A stretch of DNA of 64,000 nucleotides from Thermoproteota archaeon. GTDB lineage: Archaea; Asgardarchaeota; Jordiarchaeia; Jordiarchaeales; Freyrarchaeaceae. The translations under genes were made by a program, and so were the position numbers. The notes below the pieces were generated by a model. It made no database searches and had not been told where the DNA came from. It was given only the letters and a program-made list of their open reading frames with translations. The stretch is from contig JAPDJY010000031.1 of the NCBI GenBank assembly GCA_029258835.1, positions 40-64,039 on the forward strand, written 5' to 3'. The stretch's first letter is position 1, and each line of letters opens with the position of its first letter. Below are positions 60,034 to 64,000 of the stretch, one piece after another.

Positions 60034-60396
60034 ATGGGAGACGGAGAAGTGAAGAGGATCACTGTGGTTATTTCAAGTGGCCCTTATACGCATGAAAGGT
60101 CGTACACGGCGTTAAGGCTTGTTCTGACCGCGCTGGTGGAAGGGCTTGACGTCAATGTGTTCTTGATGGAGGACGGGATTTTCGTGGCGCATAAGGGCCA
60201 GAACCCTAAAATGTACTCCAATGCTTTGGAGTGGATGCAGAGGGCGGTTAGGGAAGGAGCTAAGCTGAGAGTCTGTGGGGTTTGCTGTGAGGCAAGGGGC
60301 GTGAGGAAGGAGGAGCTCATAGAGGAAGCGGAAATAACTACTATGGAGGGACTCGTCGAGTGGATAAGGGAAAGCGACCAGACGATTTGGATATGA
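60034..60396 (+). CDS. DsrE/DsrF-like sulfur-relay family protein
   Basis: 'ITVVISSGPYTHERSYTALRL', 'VFLMEDGIF' and 'LRVCGVCCEARG'. ATG 60034; the ORF is open from 60004. Confidence 0.7.
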   Translation: MGDGEVKRITVVISSGPYTHERSYTALRLVLTALVEGLDVNVFLMEDGIFVAHKGQNPKMYSNALEWMQRAVREGAKLRVCGVCCEARGVRKEELIEEAEITTMEGLVEWIRESDQTIWI

Positions 60397-60410
60397 GAGG
60401 AGGATGGAGT

Positions 60411-60641
60411 ATGAAGGCGGATCACAGGATTGACGTGAGAGGGGAAGCGTGCCCGATGCCCGTGATCTTGACGAGGGATAAACTTAGGGAGATGAGGGAC
60501 GGTGAAATACTAGAGGTTACCACGGATTTCCCGGCATCTAGGGATAACATCAGGAAGGCTGTTACCCGTGAGGGACACGAAGTCCTAGGTGTAACGGAGG
60601 AGGATGGAAGCTTCAAGATTTACATTAGGAAGAAGGGATAG
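60411..60641 (+). CDS. TusA/SirA-family sulfurtransferase
   Basis: 'IDVRGEACPMPVI' (CPxP). 76 aa. ATG 60411 follows 'gaggaggatggagt'. Confidence 0.8.
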   Translation: MKADHRIDVRGEACPMPVILTRDKLREMRDGEILEVTTDFPASRDNIRKAVTREGHEVLGVTEEDGSFKIYIRKKG

Positions 60642-60659
60642 CGGATGGCTGTGCCTATG

Positions 60660-61172
60660 TCAGCGCCGCATGGTTGCCACGATTTTTTGTGGGTCTAGGA
60701 TCATTTCGATGGCTTGTAAGGGGCTTGTGACCACTATGTCTGCGTTCATGATCGCGGTGGAACTTGCGCCCTCCTCTCCTATGACCACTATTCCGATCTT
60801 CGCTTTTTTCAACATGAGCGCGTCGTTCCTTCCGTTCCCCACTGCGATCGTGTTCTCAGCCCCCAGTTCCTCTACTACTTTTTCCTTCTCAACGTCCTCC
60901 GGAAGCGCTTGACCGCTTACGCGCTTCCACCTAGCGCCGAGCATTTCGCCGACTTCGGCAAGGTTGCCTCTGGTATCTGACGATAGAAGAACCACGTTCA
61001 CAGTTTTGGAAAGCTGACGGACCTTGCTCTGAACTTCAGGGGGTACGACGCCGTTCATGGAGAGGGTTCCGTTTAAGTCGAAAACTACGTTTTCCACCCT
61101 GACATCACCTACTCCCGGAATACTAAACACGATCAATACGACACCTCCGTCCCATTTAACACTTGCAGACAA
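60660..61172 (-). CDS. HAD-superfamily hydrolase (soluble P-type-ATPase-like, COG4087-like)
   Basis: Motif I 'VVFDLNGTL' and motif IV 'VGNGRNDALMLKKA'. Confidence 0.7.
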   Translation of the reverse strand: MSASVKWDGGVVLIVFSIPGVGDVRVENVVFDLNGTLSMNGVVPPEVQSKVRQLSKTVNVVLLSSDTRGNLAEVGEMLGARWKRVSGQALPEDVEKEKVVEELGAENTIAVGNGRNDALMLKKAKIGIVVIGEEGASSTAIMNADIVVTSPLQAIEMILDPQKIVATMRR

Positions 61173-61345
61173 TTAGCTAATGAGAAATGCTCACGGAAGA
61201 ACACAACTACTTTAAAAGAAAAAAAGAATTCGGCTTTTAAAGCGTAGGGAGTAGGGAGAGCGAATGTTTTTTAAGAGGAGAGGGGGAACTAAGTTCCCCT
61301 GCGAAAAGAAGGGGTGGCGCCTCAGGACTGGAAGGGGGGTTAGAT

Positions 61346-62122
61346 GTGAATAATGAAAGTGTTAGGAAAAAGATGAAGGATGCGAAACCTCCTAATGTTC
61401 CAGCCGTTCTCGCTGGAGTTGTCGTAGGGTCAGCTTTGGCAGCGTTTCCCGTAGTAGTATTGCTATGCTACCTTCTCTACATGGTTTTCCCTAGGCTTCC
61501 GATCTTCCTTTGGATAGCCCTCTCACCATTCTTCTACGTTGTCGCTAAGTGGTCGTTTAACATAATACTTCTAAGGGTCGTTAAGGTGCTTGTTAAGCCA
61601 ATGGAGGAAGGAGATCATAAAATGGATTTCAGCGATGTTAACTTCAGGAACTGGATTTTAAACACAAGCCTATTCACGCTTGTGATAAGCTTCTGGGGGA
61701 TGTTCCCGCTGGGTCAGGCCGGGTTGGCAAGGTACGTCATGAAAACGCTTGGTGCGAAGCTGGGAGAAGGGGCCGCTGCATCGCTCATAACGGATCCACC
61801 GCTCCTTGAAATGGGAGATGGCTCATACGCAGGCTGGGGGGCGATCATAGCAAGCCACACTATGGAGGGTAACAGGTTATGCCTCAGAAGGACGAGGATT
61901 GGGAGGAACGTGACAATAGGGGGGTACACCATAGTTTTCCCGGGCGCCGAAATAGGTGACGGAGCGTTGATTGGAGCAATGTCCCTAGTTACCAAGGACA
62001 CTAAAATACCGCCTAGAACCGTCTGGGCAGGTGTCCCTGCAAAGCAGATCGGAGTAATCGATGAAGAAGGAAACATTATGATTTTCAAGGATGAGGACAG
62101 GGGGAAAGCCTTAAGCGTCTAA
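61346..62122 (+). CDS. Membrane-anchored left-handed beta-helix (hexapeptide-repeat) acyltransferase
   Basis: Two to three N-terminal TM helices. Then 'IGRNVTIGGYTIVFPGAEIGDGALIGAMSLV' and 'VWAGVPAK'. Confidence 0.7.
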   Translation: MNNESVRKKMKDAKPPNVPAVLAGVVVGSALAAFPVVVLLCYLLYMVFPRLPIFLWIALSPFFYVVAKWSFNIILLRVVKVLVKPMEEGDHKMDFSDVNFRNWILNTSLFTLVISFWGMFPLGQAGLARYVMKTLGAKLGEGAAASLITDPPLLEMGDGSYAGWGAIIASHTMEGNRLCLRRTRIGRNVTIGGYTIVFPGAEIGDGALIGAMSLVTKDTKIPPRTVWAGVPAKQIGVIDEEGNIMIFKDEDRGKALSV

Positions 62123-62216
62123 TACCACACTATAGGCTCCCCTATTTTCTCTTGTAAAGGAGCTGTGAAAACCCTGTAAGGGGAGAGTGGAAAGGTGGTT
62201 GAGGGAGGAGTCGGGT

Positions 62217-63068
62217 ATGGTTAACGTTAGGACTCCATGCGATGTCTCCGAGTTCCACTTATGTGAGGATTTACAGCGACGCGTATGGGGAACTGACAAC
62301 CCGGTTCCAGCGCACATGTTGATAGCAGGCCACAGGAACGGCGGCCTTCTCCTGATAGCGTTCGATGAAGAGTTACCTGTTGGGTTCTGCTTCGGCATCA
62401 CGGGGAGAGAAGGGGATAACGTCTACTTCTACAGCCACATGGCCGGGGTTCTCCCGGAGGTGCAGAATAAAGGTGTCGGCTATTTGCTTAAGCTTAAGCA
62501 GAGGGAGTACGCGCTCAGGATGGGATTCAACCTCATGAAGTGGACTTACGACCCTTTACAGAGTAGGAATGCCAGGTTTAACGTTGGGAAGCTCGGAGTG
62601 ATATGCAGGAGGTACATAGCTAACTATTACGGTGAGATGAGGGACAGGTTGAACGCCGGGTACGAGAGCGATAGGTTTATTGCTGAGTGGTGGCTTACCT
62701 CGAGGAGAGTGCTGGAGAGGATCAGGCATGGTGGTAGGACTTTAACTGTGGAGGAGGTTGAGGGTGCAACCTTAGCAACTGAAACAGAAAGGTGTGATGG
62801 GGGGTTCAGGAGGATAGTTGAAGTAAGAGAGAGCCTGAACGAGGAAAAAGTCCTCGTCGAGATTCCAAGGGACATAGGGGCGATAAGGGAGAGGAACATG
62901 AGCTTGGCAGTCGACTGGAGGAGGAAGACGAGAGTGGTGTTTCAAAGCTACCTGTCAAAAGGCTACGTTGTCTCAGAGTTTGCTACTCAAGATTCGGGTG
63001 GAGAGAGGAGGAGCTTCTACGTGTTAGTTAGGGAGGAGCTTCTCGGGGAGGAGCTGGGGGAGGAGTGA
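62217..63068 (+). CDS. GNAT-like acyltransferase-fold protein
   Basis: 'YSHMAGVLPEVQNKGVGYLLKLKQREYALRMGFNLMKWTYDPL' resembles an acyl-CoA-binding GNAT core. ATG 62217 follows 'gagggaggag'; the ORF is open from 62187. Confidence 0.5.
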   Translation: MVNVRTPCDVSEFHLCEDLQRRVWGTDNPVPAHMLIAGHRNGGLLLIAFDEELPVGFCFGITGREGDNVYFYSHMAGVLPEVQNKGVGYLLKLKQREYALRMGFNLMKWTYDPLQSRNARFNVGKLGVICRRYIANYYGEMRDRLNAGYESDRFIAEWWLTSRRVLERIRHGGRTLTVEEVEGATLATETERCDGGFRRIVEVRESLNEEKVLVEIPRDIGAIRERNMSLAVDWRRKTRVVFQSYLSKGYVVSEFATQDSGGERRSFYVLVREELLGEELGEE

Positions 63069-63072
63069 AGAA

Positions 63073-64000
63073 GTGTTCATCAGCAAGATTGAAATTAGAG
63101 AGGTGAAAATGGAGCTTACGTCACCATTCGAAACCAGCTTTGGAAGGGAACACGAGAAGCGCACCATAATAGTTTCCGTGGAGGCTGATGGTGAAGTCGG
63201 CTATGGGGAATGCCCTGCAGGAGACACACCATTCTACAGCTACGAGACCACCGATATTTCATGGTATGCCCTGACAAGGTATCTTGCTCCAGCGCTTGCC
63301 GGAAGAGAGGTTAAAGGCGGGATGGATGTTCCAGCCTTGCTTAGAAGAGTGAGAGGGTATAACATGGCTAAGGCGGCTTTGGAGGAGGCCGTTTGGGATG
63401 CCCAGGCGAGGAGGGAAAACGTCCCGCTTTCAAGGCTTCTGGGAGGAGTGAAGGACAGGGTTGAGAGCGGTGTAAGTGTCGGCATACAGGAAAGCATAGA
63501 CGAGCTCGTCAAGGTCGTTGGCAGGTACGTTGAGGAGGGATACCCCCGGGTTAAAGTGAAGATAAAGCCTTCATGGGACCTGACCGTTGTCCACAGGCTT
63601 AGGGTGGAGTTTCCCGAGATCCCGTTGATGGTCGACGCAAATGGCGCATACGATATTAGCCAGAAGGCTGTTATCAAGGCGTTGGACAGGTATGGGCTTA
63701 TGATGATCGAGCAGCCCTTCGGCTACGACGACCTAGTTGACCACGCAGCAATCCAAAAGGAGATCAGGACGCCTATTTGCCTGGATGAAAGCGTTCCATC
63801 CTTAGGAGCTGTTAGAGCAGCCTTGAAGCTAGGTAGCTGCAGGGTGATTAACGTTAAGGTTTCAAGGGTTGGTGGGCTATGTGAAGCCGTGAGAATACAC
63901 GACCTTTGCATGAGTGAGGGTGTTCCCACTTGGGTTGGAGGCATGCTGGAGACGGGGGTTGGCAGGGCGGTGAACGTGGCGCTGGCATCACTGCCAAACT
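63073..64000 (+). CDS. Enolase-superfamily o-succinylbenzoate synthase / N-acylamino-acid racemase, 3' end cut by window edge
   Basis: It is absent from the ORF track because the window holds no stop. GTG 63073 starts 'FISKIEIREVKMELTSPFETSFG'. Motifs: KxK 'VKVKIKP', 'MVDANGAY', 'MIEQP', 'CLDES', 'NVKVSRVGG'. Confidence 0.85.
   Translation, partial: MFISKIEIREVKMELTSPFETSFGREHEKRTIIVSVEADGEVGYGECPAGDTPFYSYETTDISWYALTRYLAPALAGREVKGGMDVPALLRRVRGYNMAKAALEEAVWDAQARRENVPLSRLLGGVKDRVESGVSVGIQESIDELVKVVGRYVEEGYPRVKVKIKPSWDLTVVHRLRVEFPEIPLMVDANGAYDISQKAVIKALDRYGLMMIEQPFGYDDLVDHAAIQKEIRTPICLDESVPSLGAVRAALKLGSCRVINVKVSRVGGLCEAVRIHDLCMSEGVPTWVGGMLETGVGRAVNVALASLPN

Overview
Gene-dense archaeal chromosomal segment, about 55 protein genes on both strands. 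It is almost certainly from a hyperthermophile: reverse gyrase lies at 29691-32963, proteins are rich in Glu/Lys/Arg/Val, GGAGG spacers occur inside operons, and first genes have TATA-proximal, near-leaderless starts. I found no rRNA, tRNA or CRISPR array.

Main blocks:
- 1-5 kb: YjbQ, an MBL hydrolase, a fused 3-hydroxyacyl-CoA dehydrogenase/enoyl-CoA hydratase and a PRTase.
- 5.2-11.2 kb: a MoxR/CbbQ-type AAA+ ATPase plus an 1133-aa vWA protein carrying 12 tandem 35/39-aa repeats, with a HEPN/MNT-like pair next to it.
- 12-19 kb: metabolic genes (AsnB-like, methyltransferase, FAD oxidase + Fe-S/CCG subunit + 3-hydroxyacyl-CoA dehydrogenase) and a strongly structured intergenic element.
- 20.2-21.0 kb: a decayed 2-hydroxyacyl-CoA dehydratase pseudogene.
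- 21-25 kb: an uncharacterised cluster including a Roadblock-like/helical 635-aa protein.
- 29.7-42.4 kb: genome maintenance genes (reverse gyrase, MrfA/YprA-like DEXH helicase with a DUF1998 Zn module, Lhr helicase + metallophosphoesterase) interleaved with AbrB/PIN and VapBC modules.
- 38-45 kb: a redox cluster (Isf-like flavoprotein, MoaD/SAMP-like GG protein, two Lrp regulators of which one is Cys-rich, peroxiredoxin, rubrerythrin).
- 45.4-55 kb: an accessory stretch with sfsA interrupted by an HTH+TnpB element, decayed HEPN/MNT genes, and a stand-alone HerA-like ATPase with an oversized NurA-like nuclease.
- 55.5-64 kb: a CDF transporter with a triplicated cytoplasmic domain, an unknown/methyltransferase/5-FCL-like operon, DsrE/TusA, HAD, a LbH acyltransferase, and a GNAT-like gene plus an OSBS/NSAR enzyme cut by the window end.

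The best candidates for an undescribed system are the HerA/NurA-wHTH pair and the AAA+/vWA-repeat pair. All family assignments come from motifs read by eye and remembered family signatures; no database search was run.
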